Shown here: positions 41,530 to 50,398 of the stretch, one piece after another
How the letters are laid out: each line of letters begins with the position of its first letter
How positions within the stretch are numbered: position 1 is the first letter of the stretch
From: Bacteroidia bacterium
GTDB lineage: Bacteria; Bacteroidota; Bacteroidia; UKL13-3
DNA: 64,000 nt
Assembly: GCA_025454875.1 (NCBI GenBank)
Contig: JALONP010000005.1
Span: 9,431 to 73,430 of the forward strand
Direction: 5' to 3'
The notes under the pieces: model-generated
Databases searched by the model: none
What the model was told of the DNA's origin: nothing
Seen by the model: the letters and a program-made list of their open reading frames with translations, nothing else
Program-made: the position numbers and the translations under genes

Positions 41530-42356
41530 TATGCTAAATCTGCAAAGGTTTTTTCCAATCTTTTAAATACAAGGGCTCCACAAATAAGCATCAATACACT
41601 CATCAGTAATGCAATCCATAACCAATTCCAATGAACAGGTGTATTCGTAAAAATTGCTCTAAAGTTTTCGATTACTCCTACCATTGGGTTAAGTGTGTAC
41701 CAAAACTGAAATTGAGCAGGCACCGCTGTGGTAGAATATACAACAGGTGAAGCGTACATTAACAATTGGACAATAAAAGCAAGTGCATGCTTTACATCGC
41801 GGTATTGTATAGATAATGAAGCCAGCAACATTCCAATGCCAAGCGAAGTTGACAATAGGATTAACAACAGCAATGGGAAAAGTAAAATTTCGATTCCGGG
41901 TTGAATATGATAATAAAACAATAATCCGATGAGCACCATTAAGCCTATTAAAAAATCAAGTAGCTTTGAGAAGGTAGCTGAGAGAGGTAATACCAATCGA
42001 GGAAAATATACCTTACTCAACATATTTGCGTTTGCAAGTAAACTGTTTGAAGCCTCATTCAGTGTATTTGAAAAATACAACCAAGGTAACATGCCTAAAT
42101 AACTAAATATAATATAGGGCAGGCCAGCAGAATCTACTTGTGCAAGGTTTCCGAAGATGATTGTAAACACAACTGCCGAAAACAACGGCTGTATAATAGC
42201 CCAACCAATTCCTAAAATAGATTGTGCATATTTGGCTTTAATTCCTCTAAGTGTTAAAAAGTACAAGAGGTCTTGGTATTGCACTAACTCTTTGATTGGA
42301 ATCAACCGCCAGCCTCTGCTCGGTTTAATTATAATAGAGGTACTGTTTTTATCCAT
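41529..42356 (-). CDS. wzm: Polysaccharide ABC exporter permease
   Basis: KY.QS.LG.GW...QP, KVYFPR, YRDV, YASPVVY, LNP, FADLA. Confidence 0.93.
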   Translation of the reverse strand: MDKNSTSIIIKPSRGWRLIPIKELVQYQDLLYFLTLRGIKAKYAQSILGIGWAIIQPLFSAVVFTIIFGNLAQVDSAGLPYIIFSYLGMLPWLYFSNTLNEASNSLLANANMLSKVYFPRLVLPLSATFSKLLDFLIGLMVLIGLLFYYHIQPGIEILLFPLLLLILLSTSLGIGMLLASLSIQYRDVKHALAFIVQLLMYASPVVYSTTAVPAQFQFWYTLNPMVGVIENFRAIFTNTPVHWNWLWIALLMSVLMLICGALVFKRLEKTFADLA

Positions 42357-42412
42357 TTGAATAGAGAATAACTTTTGGGTTAGAATATTTGTAGATCAAC
42401 GAGCAGCTTTTA

Positions 42413-42940
42413 TTAACGACTCCATAGTAAAAAATGTTGGTCGTTACTAAGTTCGTTGTGTTTGTTTTTCTCATGATTAGCATAAATCACATACCTGATT
42501 TTTTTATTCAATAATTTTTCCGCTTTATCAATCAACGCAATGAGGTATGTTTTGTTTACATTCCCAACAAATACCAGGTCAATAATTGGACTGTTAATTC
42601 CCTTTGCTAACTCACCAACGAGGTATACTTCTTCCACATCACCCAACTTTTGAATTACATGTTCGATGATATGATCTAAACCTGTATACTTCATTAGGAT
42701 GTTTTGGATATCTGAAAACAATGGATGTTTTGTATTGGCTTGAAACAATTTCTTATTTCCTTCAGTTGCTGTTTTAAGCAAACCAGCTTCTTCAAACTTG
42801 TTAAGCTCTATTCGAATGGCATTTGAGCTTTCACCGAATTCAGATTCTAAGTTACGCAGATACGAAGAAGTTTTTCCGTTTAGGAAGAACTTAAGCAAAA
42901 GTTTAATACGCGTTTTAGAAGTGATTAAGGTATCAAGCAT
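42413..42940 (-). CDS. Winged-HTH (ArsR-like) regulator fused to a degenerate minimal nucleotidyltransferase-like domain
   Basis: MLDTLITSKTRIKLL...YLRNL..EFGES.NAIR.ELN...AGLL (wHTH); VYLVGELAKG..SPIIDLVFVG (MNT-like). Start ATG at 42940. Confidence 0.75.
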   Translation of the reverse strand: MLDTLITSKTRIKLLLKFFLNGKTSSYLRNLESEFGESSNAIRIELNKFEEAGLLKTATEGNKKLFQANTKHPLFSDIQNILMKYTGLDHIIEHVIQKLGDVEEVYLVGELAKGINSPIIDLVFVGNVNKTYLIALIDKAEKLLNKKIRYVIYANHEKNKHNELSNDQHFLLWSR

Positions 42941-42967
42941 TTTTTGTTGGGTTTTTTGTTGCCGTAC

Positions 42968-43006
42968 CACCTCTTAACAAGAGGCTTTGCCTCTACTCGA
43001 AGTAAC
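42968..43006. repeat. Degenerate fourth copy of the REP-like unit
   Basis: GAGGCTTTGCCTCTACTCGAAGTAAC compared with GAGGCTGCGCCTCTACTCGAAGTGAC (reverse complement within unit 3, 12789-12828). Confidence 0.7.
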
Positions 43007-43017
43007 TTGTTTTTTTT

Positions 43018-43029
43018 CACGGCTTCGCC
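43018..43029 (-). promoter_or_regulatory. ops-like pause / UpxY recruitment element (putative)
   Basis: GGCGAAGCCGTG on the minus strand shares 8/12 positions with the RfaH ops GGCGGTAGCGTG and contains a GGC-GAA-GCC mini-hairpin. Confidence 0.5.
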
Positions 43030-43054
43030 ATGGTCAGTCACATGGCTGGCAACT

Positions 43055-43081
43055 ATATTGAGTAAAAAAATTACTCAATAT
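43055..43081. promoter_or_regulatory. Perfect 11-5-11 palindrome, putative operator
   Basis: ATATTGAGTAA-AAAAA-TTACTCAATAT upstream of the wHTH gene. Confidence 0.65.
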
Positions 43082-43159
43082 TAATCAGTCATTACCAAAA
43101 TTGCAACCCTTTTATTGACTATTGGTCAAGTTTATTTTGCTGAATATCAGAACTATAAT

Positions 43160-43666
43160 TTATGAAATGGCTTTTAGATAAGAAGCAGGAACCGTGAGGC
43201 ACATGGCAGAACCCAATTGTTCAATAGCAATAGCAAAATTCCGATTGCCTTTGGTATTGGTGATGTAACCTTCTAGACCTTTTAAGGGTCCTGCATTCAC
43301 AAGCACTTTGTCTCCAGATTGGAATGAATGGGTTTGTATCTCCAAATCTGTTTCGGTAGAAAGCAAAAGTTTGATTGCGTCAATTTGTGATTCACGGATG
43401 TGAATGGTTTCAGATCCGATTCTAACAAACTTAACAACTCCAGGTGTTTGAAGCACTGCGGTGCTGCTTGTTTCCAAATGAATCAAAACAAACAGATATG
43501 ATTTAAATAAAGGTTCTTGGACTTTCTTTTTTCTGTCGCTCCATTGCTTAATGGTAACCTGCAGTGGTAAATATACAGTAATGCCTTTGGCGGCTAATGC
43601 CGCTTCAACTTTTTTTTCTGATCGGGGTTTGGTATACAATGCATACCAACGAGCTGAAGTTGTCAT
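43160..43666 (-). CDS. upxY: UpxY family (NusG/RfaH paralog) transcription antiterminator
   Basis: WYALYTKPRSEKKV, YLPL....QWSDRKK...PLFKSYLFV, KOW motif GDKV.V..GPLKGLEG. Start at MTTS (43666). Confidence 0.93.
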   Translation of the reverse strand: MTTSARWYALYTKPRSEKKVEAALAAKGITVYLPLQVTIKQWSDRKKKVQEPLFKSYLFVLIHLETSSTAVLQTPGVVKFVRIGSETIHIRESQIDAIKLLLSTETDLEIQTHSFQSGDKVLVNAGPLKGLEGYITNTKGNRNFAIAIEQLGSAMCLTVPASYLKAIS

Positions 43667-44589
43667 ATTACTGAATCCACTATAAATGGTGGGCGTTTGC
43701 GTGCCGCATCTAAACTGCGCCACAAGTACTCACCCATAATGCCGAGGGCTATCATTTGAAACGCTGATATCAATAAAAAAACCACCATCATGCTGGTCCA
43801 GCCTTCTACCTCAATGGCGCCACTTAACCTTGCCCCAATTACATAAAATGCATATCCTAAAGCAACAATACCCAATACTAAGCCTGATATGGTAATGAGC
43901 CTTAATGGCGTGTAAGAAAAGGATACAAATGAATCAATAAACAATTTAACCTTCTTGCGTATGGTCCATCTTGACTTACCAATCGTGCGTGCTTTGCGTG
44001 TATAAGGAATGGCAACATAAGGGTAATTTAACCACAACAATAAGTAGAGCGAGTTGGTATTGTTTTCGGCTAATTGAACTACTTGCTCGCGCAATTGTTT
44101 GTCAAACAAACAATAATCAAAACCTCCATTAGGTAAATTAGGCAATGCATATTTTTGCATCATCCGCTGGTATGTATTTGATAGGGTTTTTGAGATCAAT
44201 CCATCTTCTCTTTCTTGGCGGTTGGCCAACACAAGTTTGATTCCTTGCTGCCAATAACCAAACATTTGTGCCATTAGTTCTGGTGGATCTTGTAAGTCGG
44301 CACCAATCACTACTGTGCAGTCGCCAGTTGCGTATTGCATTCCTGCTTGAATGGCGTTGTATGAACCAAAATTGCCACTCAATTTAACAACAGTAACTTT
44401 GCTGGGATATTGGTTTTTAAAGTGCTGAAGTGCTTGATACGTGTCATCACCACTTCCATCATCTACCATCACATACTCAAATTGAGTCGATTCTGGAAAA
44501 GTAGCTTCATTTGCAATAAGCGCAGCAGCAGTTATTGGAATGTTTTGTTCGTTGTAATAACAAGGTACAATGATGGATACTTTAGCCAT
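43663..44589 (-). CDS. GT2 polyprenol-phosphate glycosyltransferase (GtrB/ArnC-like)
   Basis: VPCYYNE, VDDGSGD, LSGNFG, ADLQDPP, two C-terminal TM helices, GEYLWR. Confidence 0.9.
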   Translation of the reverse strand: MAKVSIIVPCYYNEQNIPITAAALIANEATFPESTQFEYVMVDDGSGDDTYQALQHFKNQYPSKVTVVKLSGNFGSYNAIQAGMQYATGDCTVVIGADLQDPPELMAQMFGYWQQGIKLVLANRQEREDGLISKTLSNTYQRMMQKYALPNLPNGGFDYCLFDKQLREQVVQLAENNTNSLYLLLWLNYPYVAIPYTRKARTIGKSRWTIRKKVKLFIDSFVSFSYTPLRLITISGLVLGIVALGYAFYVIGARLSGAIEVEGWTSMMVVFLLISAFQMIALGIMGEYLWRSLDAARKRPPFIVDSVI

Positions 44590-45688
44590 GGAAAAACGAT
44601 TCAATCGTGTGGGCAATATACGCAATCTGTTCTGATTGCAAGCCTGGGTAAATTGGTAAGCTCAAGCACGTGTTGGCAATTTGTTCTGCAATTGGAAATT
44701 GCCCTTTTTTATACACCAAGCCGCGATATGCTTCTTGCAAATGTGGCGGAACGGGGTAGTGTATGAGGGTTCCAATTCCTTTATCGGTTAGGTACTTTTG
44801 CAAAGCATCTCTTTGAGAGGTGCGCACTACATACAAATGAAATACCGAAGTTGCATTGGCTGCAATACAAGGTAGCTGAAGGTCAGCTATTCCACTAAGC
44901 ATTTTGGCGTATTGCTTAGCGATGGTATTGCGCTCAATATTCCAATCATTTAAGTACGGTAGTTTAAGTGACAATAATCCCGCTTGCAGTTCGTCTAATC
45001 GGCTATTGGTGCCAAGTATTTGATTGTAGTACTTTTTTGAAGAACCATAGTTTCGGATAATGCAAGCTTGGTTGTAGAGTACTTCGTTGTTGGTGGTGAT
45101 TGCACCGGCATCTCCGTATGCACCCAGGTTTTTGCCAGGATAAAAGCTGGTGGCATTAACGTGTCCGAAACTACCTGTTTTTTTGCCGTTGTAAGTTGCA
45201 CCTTGTGCTTGTGCATTGTCTTCAACTACATAAAGGCCATGTTTATCTGCAATGGACATTACTGCATCCATTTCACAACATTGTCCGTATAAATGAACCG
45301 GCATTATCGCTTTTGTTCTGCTGGTAATTGCAGCAGCAATAGCAGCTGGGTTGATATTGGCAGTTTCAATAAGCGGTTCAACAGGAATGGGTGTTGCGCC
45401 AACAGCACTTACTGCTAACCATGAAGCGATATAGGTATTTGATGGAACTATTACTTCATCTCCTTTACCAATCGACAGGGTTTTTAAAGCAATAACCAAC
45501 GCATCCAATCCATTTGCCACTCCTGCACAATAGGCAGTTTCTGAAAATACCGCGTACTCAGTTTCAAATGTTTGCAAACGTTTACCTAAAATATACCAAC
45601 CCTCATCTATAAATGATTCGAATGCTTGCAAGGCATCTTGTTTAATGGCTGCATTCATTTTTTCAAAGGATAAAAATGGAATCTTCAT
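44582..45688 (-). CDS. fdtB: dTDP-3-amino-3,6-dideoxyhexose aminotransferase (FdtB/QdtB-like)
   Basis: IPFL, GWYILG, GVANGLDAL, SFYPGKNLGAYGDAG, NSRLDELQA, LIHYPVPPH. Start at 45688. Confidence 0.85.
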   Translation of the reverse strand: MKIPFLSFEKMNAAIKQDALQAFESFIDEGWYILGKRLQTFETEYAVFSETAYCAGVANGLDALVIALKTLSIGKGDEVIVPSNTYIASWLAVSAVGATPIPVEPLIETANINPAAIAAAITSRTKAIMPVHLYGQCCEMDAVMSIADKHGLYVVEDNAQAQGATYNGKKTGSFGHVNATSFYPGKNLGAYGDAGAITTNNEVLYNQACIIRNYGSSKKYYNQILGTNSRLDELQAGLLSLKLPYLNDWNIERNTIAKQYAKMLSGIADLQLPCIAANATSVFHLYVVRTSQRDALQKYLTDKGIGTLIHYPVPPHLQEAYRGLVYKKGQFPIAEQIANTCLSLPIYPGLQSEQIAYIAHTIESFFHG

Positions 45689-46629
45689 GGAATTGTGATT
45701 TGAGTGATTGGCATCCGTAAAATATGGGAAGTACCACCTAAACGATAACCAAGTTTTTCCCACGTATAACAAACTGCAAGGTTTGTGGATTGGGTATTCA
45801 TAAAAATATATTCGGCACCTTGATCTTTTAAATGGTATGTCATTTCTGAAATTAACTTTTGATACCAGCCTTTGTTTGTAGTAGCAGAAACGGCTGATAA
45901 AACCATTTTACTGATGGGTACTCCGCCATGCTGCCAAGATGGTTTTAGGTAACGAGCGGTTAAAAATGAATCTGACGGTGTATCTGCTGCATCAGGTACC
46001 AATACTACATCTGCAAACCCTTTAATGGATTCTTCAATATAGGTTGCCAAAAATTCATCAGCTAATTGTTCACTAAATACCTTATCTGCATGAAAACGAT
46101 CGTATGGATTTTTCATTTCTTTAGCCACCCGTTTTAAATTGGGAATATCGTTTACCGTGGCTCTGCGCACTGCATACCTAGGTTGGTTAAATGAAGCTAA
46201 ATCACCGCGCCAATAGGTTAAACGTGTTTCAATAAGCGGCCATCCAGCGCTTGTAAGCGCGTTCAGCACTGTTATATCTTCGGAAGGGATTTCGGTAAAT
46301 ACATACGCACCTATAGGCAAAACTGATTGCAGTTGCTTAACAGCGTCTGCGAGGTATGGTGCTGACTCTGCATCAAAAAGGATATTGACCAATTTGTAAG
46401 TTGGCATATTAAAAAACGCTGTATCCCAGGTAAGGTGTTCAAGTAACAACCAGAATACATTGTTCCCAATTTCAATTTCAATTGCATCGTTCAAGAGCAG
46501 ATTCAACTCGGGTTCTACCCATATTTTTCTTTGGTCAGCTAAGGGTAGCGGCCTAATCGCACGGAAAGGCGCATAGTAGTTTAATACGTTTTCTCGGTAT
46601 TGCGATGCATCTGTTAAGAGTTGCCCCAT
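45685..46629 (-). CDS. WecD-like GNAT nucleotide-sugar N-acyltransferase
   Basis: LTWDTAFF, DRFHAD, TQSTN.A....WEKLGY. Confidence 0.7.
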   Translation of the reverse strand: MGQLLTDASQYRENVLNYYAPFRAIRPLPLADQRKIWVEPELNLLLNDAIEIEIGNNVFWLLLEHLTWDTAFFNMPTYKLVNILFDAESAPYLADAVKQLQSVLPIGAYVFTEIPSEDITVLNALTSAGWPLIETRLTYWRGDLASFNQPRYAVRRATVNDIPNLKRVAKEMKNPYDRFHADKVFSEQLADEFLATYIEESIKGFADVVLVPDAADTPSDSFLTARYLKPSWQHGGVPISKMVLSAVSATTNKGWYQKLISEMTYHLKDQGAEYIFMNTQSTNLAVCYTWEKLGYRLGGTSHILRMPITQITIP

Positions 46630-47030
46630 ACTTTTATAAACTCATCAAACGAACGAATATAATCAGAGGCTTCATAAGGAGTGGAAGCCAATACCATTTG
46701 AACAGCAGTGTGACTATACTGCATCGTATGCCATACGTTGGGGGGGATGTACACTCCTTTATTCGGTTCGTCAAGCACAAACGATTGTACTTGTCCTTTT
46801 CCATTATCTGTGGTAACTAAAATACGACCAGTAACTGCTACCAATAATTGTTCCGTAACATGGTGTGCATGCCTTCCTCTTACTATACTTTCAGGTGTAT
46901 GGTAGGTCCAAAATACCCGTTGAACTTTAAATGGTACGTTTGCATCATCGGCAATGGACAAGTAACCAAGTGCAGGTTCTCCTACTTTGTTAAAAGTGAC
47001 CATATGAGGATCAGGAAATTGTTTTGTCAT
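46614..47030 (-). CDS. fdtA: dTDP-6-deoxy-3,4-keto-hexulose isomerase (FdtA/QdtA cupin)
   Basis: PF.VQRVFW.Y, RGRHAH, W.TM, LAS.PY...DYIR. Confidence 0.9.
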   Translation of the reverse strand: MTKQFPDPHMVTFNKVGEPALGYLSIADDANVPFKVQRVFWTYHTPESIVRGRHAHHVTEQLLVAVTGRILVTTDNGKGQVQSFVLDEPNKGVYIPPNVWHTMQYSHTAVQMVLASTPYEASDYIRSFDEFIKVWGNS

Positions 47031-49519
47031 CCCTTTTTCTTTTTAAATGGCCACCACTTCATCATCCAGCTTGATTTACTGCTTCCATTCATATCTTCAT
47101 CTGTGTAGTATCCTGAATAATATGAAGAGTGATAGTTTTTACCATAATAACCATAACCACCTTTATTGTAATAACCACCGTAGTAATAGTAGCTGCCACT
47201 TCCATAGTACCCTCCATATTCGTTTTTGTAAATGCTGCTGTACGCTACAGCCGTGCTATCGTATGAGTTGAGGATGGTGTAAATTTGTTTAATATTGTTC
47301 TCTGCTAACAAGCGATCCGGGGTCAAAGCAAAATCGCGTTTAGAGTACTGTGCTCTGATTACAAACAAATTGATATCTGATTTAGCCATAAGGGTGAGTG
47401 AATCAGAAACCAAACCTACAGGAGCTGTGTCAAAGAAAATATAATCGAAACGGCTTCGGAGTGAATTGATGAATTCGTCAAATTCACTTGTCTGCAACAA
47501 TTCAGCTGGATTAGGTGGAGTTGGCCCTGCAGGAACAATGTATAAATTTTCATATCCTGTTGGCAATACAACCTCTTCTAGTGTTGCTCTTTTAACCAAA
47601 TAACTGGTTAAGCCAACTTGATTGCTTAATCCTTCAAACGATTCGTGCAGTTTTGGTCTGCGAAGATCGCAACCAACAATAACTACCTTGTAACCTAATT
47701 GTGTTACTGATGCTGCAATATTTACAGTACAAAATGTTTTACCCTCACCACTCACACTTGAGGTGATACAAATAACTTTGTTTTTTTCACCTTTTAAAAT
47801 GAAGTTGGTATTTGTACGAATTCCCCTTATTGATTCAGCAAAAATTGATTTAGGGTTTTTATAAACGTATATTCCATAATCTGACGTTTTCTGGTCCTGA
47901 TCTATTTTTTTGATTACACCAATAACTGGTACCCTGCTCATCGACTCAATGGTTTCTTTATCGGGTATTTTATTGTATACATACCTGCTGATAAAGATGA
48001 ATCCGACACCAGCAGCAAGTCCAATAAAAAATGCGATAGCATAATTGCGTGAAGGCTTGGGGAATATGGGTGATCGGTTAACCAATGAAGCATCAATCAA
48101 ACTGATATTGGAAACAATAGCAGATAAAGTTATTAAGTTTTCGAGTCTTTTTTCTTGAAGGTATCCGTAAATTTTTTCGTTGATTTTAAATGTTCTTTCA
48201 AGGTTGAACAAATTTTGTTCTTTAGCAGGCAGGCCAGATAATGAAGTATTGATTTCGTTAATTCGTTGTTGCTTGTTTTTTAAGTTAGCATCAATTCCAT
48301 TGATAACATTGGCGATGGCTCTGGTTGCTGCTGCTTTTAATTCAGCAATTTTTTGAGCATTGTCTTTCATTACTGGGCTTGATTCATTGTATTTGCCAAT
48401 ATAAGCCAAACGTTCAAGTATAGCTTGGTTATGCAACTCAAATAAACTTTGCAAACTGCTTGCATCCTCTGCATCCACTACCACAAGTTCTACGGGTTTA
48501 GTTTTAGAGCGTTGTACTTCTTTATCGAGTACTTCAAGCTGTTGTTTTCGCAATTGCAAAATATTTTTTTCTGTTTCATAGGTAACCAATCGTTCAAACT
48601 CAGCTTTGCCCAAGTCTTGTGGATTCATCCCTTTGTTTTCTGACTTAAAGTTTGCTAAATTATCTTGTGACAGGCTCACGCGTTTTGCCAAATCTTCCAA
48701 TTGCAAATCGATGTAATTGATGGTTTGTTCAATAGCCGAAGTTTTGCTATTTACAGATTCTTTAATGTAAACTGTGGCCAAAGCATTTACGTAGTCTGTC
48801 GCAAAATCGGCAATATCAGAGGTCATGGTAAGCCTCATAATATTCGTGTTTTTTTCAAGATTCACTTCCAATGCATTGCCCATGCTTTCTCCCATCTGGT
48901 TTAAGTTGTTAACCACAACGGTAATTGGCTGGTTAGCCACCATGCGCATATACTCTTCTTGTCCACCCTTTATCACAAATACAGATCTACGAAAGGCAAT
49001 GGTATCACCCATTTTGTGCTTTACTTTGCCGTTGCCCGTTATTAATTCATAAGTACCGTCTGCCGCAATGGTTATGGTAAATGAACGTCCAATATCACTT
49101 GAGTCGATAAGTAAACTTGTGATTTCAAAACTTTTGTTAGGGTAAAGCCTCGAGGTGATGATGTTTCCTTCTATATAAGCAGAAGTATACATGCCCATGT
49201 ATTCAAGCGTTTTGCGCGAAAGGGATCTAGACCTAAGCACTTCTGCTTCTGTTTTCATTAGGTTTTCGATTCGCCCCGAAATTCTGCCGTACTTAAATAA
49301 ATCAGATACTTGACCTCCTCGTTCATCTTCAAACTTAATTGTTGTAGAGGCACTATATAATGGCTTGGTGTATCTCAACTGAATGTAAGTAATGGCCAAA
49401 GCCAAACTGATGCACCCAACAATAATATACCATCGATTGGTTAAGATAAACAAGAGCTTATTAATATCGATACTCTTATTTAATTCATCAGCAGAAGGTT
49501 GTTGAATTGGCTCTGTCAT
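47027..49519 (-). CDS. wzc: Polysaccharide co-polymerase tyrosine autokinase Wzc
   Basis: Two TM segments flanking a coiled-coil periplasmic domain, Walker A SSVSGEGKT, DLRRP, PPNPAELL, DTAP, Tyr-rich tail. Confidence 0.95.
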   Translation of the reverse strand: MTEPIQQPSADELNKSIDINKLLFILTNRWYIIVGCISLALAITYIQLRYTKPLYSASTTIKFEDERGGQVSDLFKYGRISGRIENLMKTEAEVLRSRSLSRKTLEYMGMYTSAYIEGNIITSRLYPNKSFEITSLLIDSSDIGRSFTITIAADGTYELITGNGKVKHKMGDTIAFRRSVFVIKGGQEEYMRMVANQPITVVVNNLNQMGESMGNALEVNLEKNTNIMRLTMTSDIADFATDYVNALATVYIKESVNSKTSAIEQTINYIDLQLEDLAKRVSLSQDNLANFKSENKGMNPQDLGKAEFERLVTYETEKNILQLRKQQLEVLDKEVQRSKTKPVELVVVDAEDASSLQSLFELHNQAILERLAYIGKYNESSPVMKDNAQKIAELKAAATRAIANVINGIDANLKNKQQRINEINTSLSGLPAKEQNLFNLERTFKINEKIYGYLQEKRLENLITLSAIVSNISLIDASLVNRSPIFPKPSRNYAIAFFIGLAAGVGFIFISRYVYNKIPDKETIESMSRVPVIGVIKKIDQDQKTSDYGIYVYKNPKSIFAESIRGIRTNTNFILKGEKNKVICITSSVSGEGKTFCTVNIAASVTQLGYKVVIVGCDLRRPKLHESFEGLSNQVGLTSYLVKRATLEEVVLPTGYENLYIVPAGPTPPNPAELLQTSEFDEFINSLRSRFDYIFFDTAPVGLVSDSLTLMAKSDINLFVIRAQYSKRDFALTPDRLLAENNIKQIYTILNSYDSTAVAYSSIYKNEYGGYYGSGSYYYYGGYYNKGGYGYYGKNYHSSYYSGYYTDEDMNGSSKSSWMMKWWPFKKKKG

Positions 49520-49528
49520 TCTTATCGT

Positions 49529-50317
49529 TTAGCGTGTGAGTAGGTAAATTTGAAGCGAAAGGGTTGTAAGTTGAATTAAAGTTAGCGCCAACGTGGTGAT
49601 TACAGTTGCACTGGCTATTGGCTCGCTAAATGCTTTGATTCCATAGGGCTCAACATAAATAATATCATTATGGTGTATAACAATGTCGGTACTTTTTAAC
49701 GCTTGTATATCTTTTAAATTAACCAATATCACTTGTTCGCCTCTGATAATTTTGATGCGGTCTTTGCGGCCACTGTCTTTAAAACCTCCTGCAAGTGCAA
49801 TCACATCAACTACTGTTGTATTTTCTTTATCAATTGCAATTTTACCTGGTTTCATAACTTCTCCAAGAATGGTTACCATTAAACTGGTAATGTTTACATC
49901 AATGATTGGGTTGTTAATCAGTTTACCATATTCTTTCTCTAAATAAGCAGCCGCAGCAAGCCGATCTTTTCCCACCAAGTTGACTCTGCCAATAAGTGGT
50001 AAGGTGCATGTGCTGTCATAATTAACTAAATATCCTAAGGCTTCTATACTCCCAATCGCACCGGCAGTAGCACTTTCTCCTGCACCTTTGCCTAAATCAT
50101 AGTTGTTTAAAAAACGTATTTGAACACGGTCGCCTATTTTAATCAAATGTCGGTACGGCCCTTGGTTTTTTGGGGTTGAATCAGCCGATATTACATAAAC
50201 AGGCTCCGAAGGCTTAATTTGTTTTTGCCCTTTAAATAAAATGTTTTTTTTCTTATACGAACAAGATGCAACAATAACCATCATGGCTATTAGCACCCAA
50301 TAAATATTCAGTTTCAT
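49529..50317 (-). CDS. wza: Polysaccharide export outer-membrane lipoprotein Wza
   Basis: Lipobox VASC, Poly_export motif LPLIG.V, SLBB motif ILGEV..PG...ALAGG, DIIYVEP. Confidence 0.9.
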   Translation of the reverse strand: MKLNIYWVLIAMMVIVASCSYKKKNILFKGQKQIKPSEPVYVISADSTPKNQGPYRHLIKIGDRVQIRFLNNYDLGKGAGESATAGAIGSIEALGYLVNYDSTCTLPLIGRVNLVGKDRLAAAAYLEKEYGKLINNPIIDVNITSLMVTILGEVMKPGKIAIDKENTTVVDVIALAGGFKDSGRKDRIKIIRGEQVILVNLKDIQALKSTDIVIHHNDIIYVEPYGIKAFSEPIASATVITTLALTLIQLTTLSLQIYLLTR

Positions 50318-50398
50318 CTTTAACCAGTTATCACTCCTTGCAAGTATACATATTTAGTGGCAATTCCACTGCTGTGTGTCTTATTAATTGGGGGTTAC

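Noticed and set aside
42941-50398. Invertible (phase-variable) capsule promoter as in Bacteroides
   Set aside because: No inverted-repeat pair enclosing a promoter-sized segment upstream of wza or the wHTH gene, and no invertase in the window.
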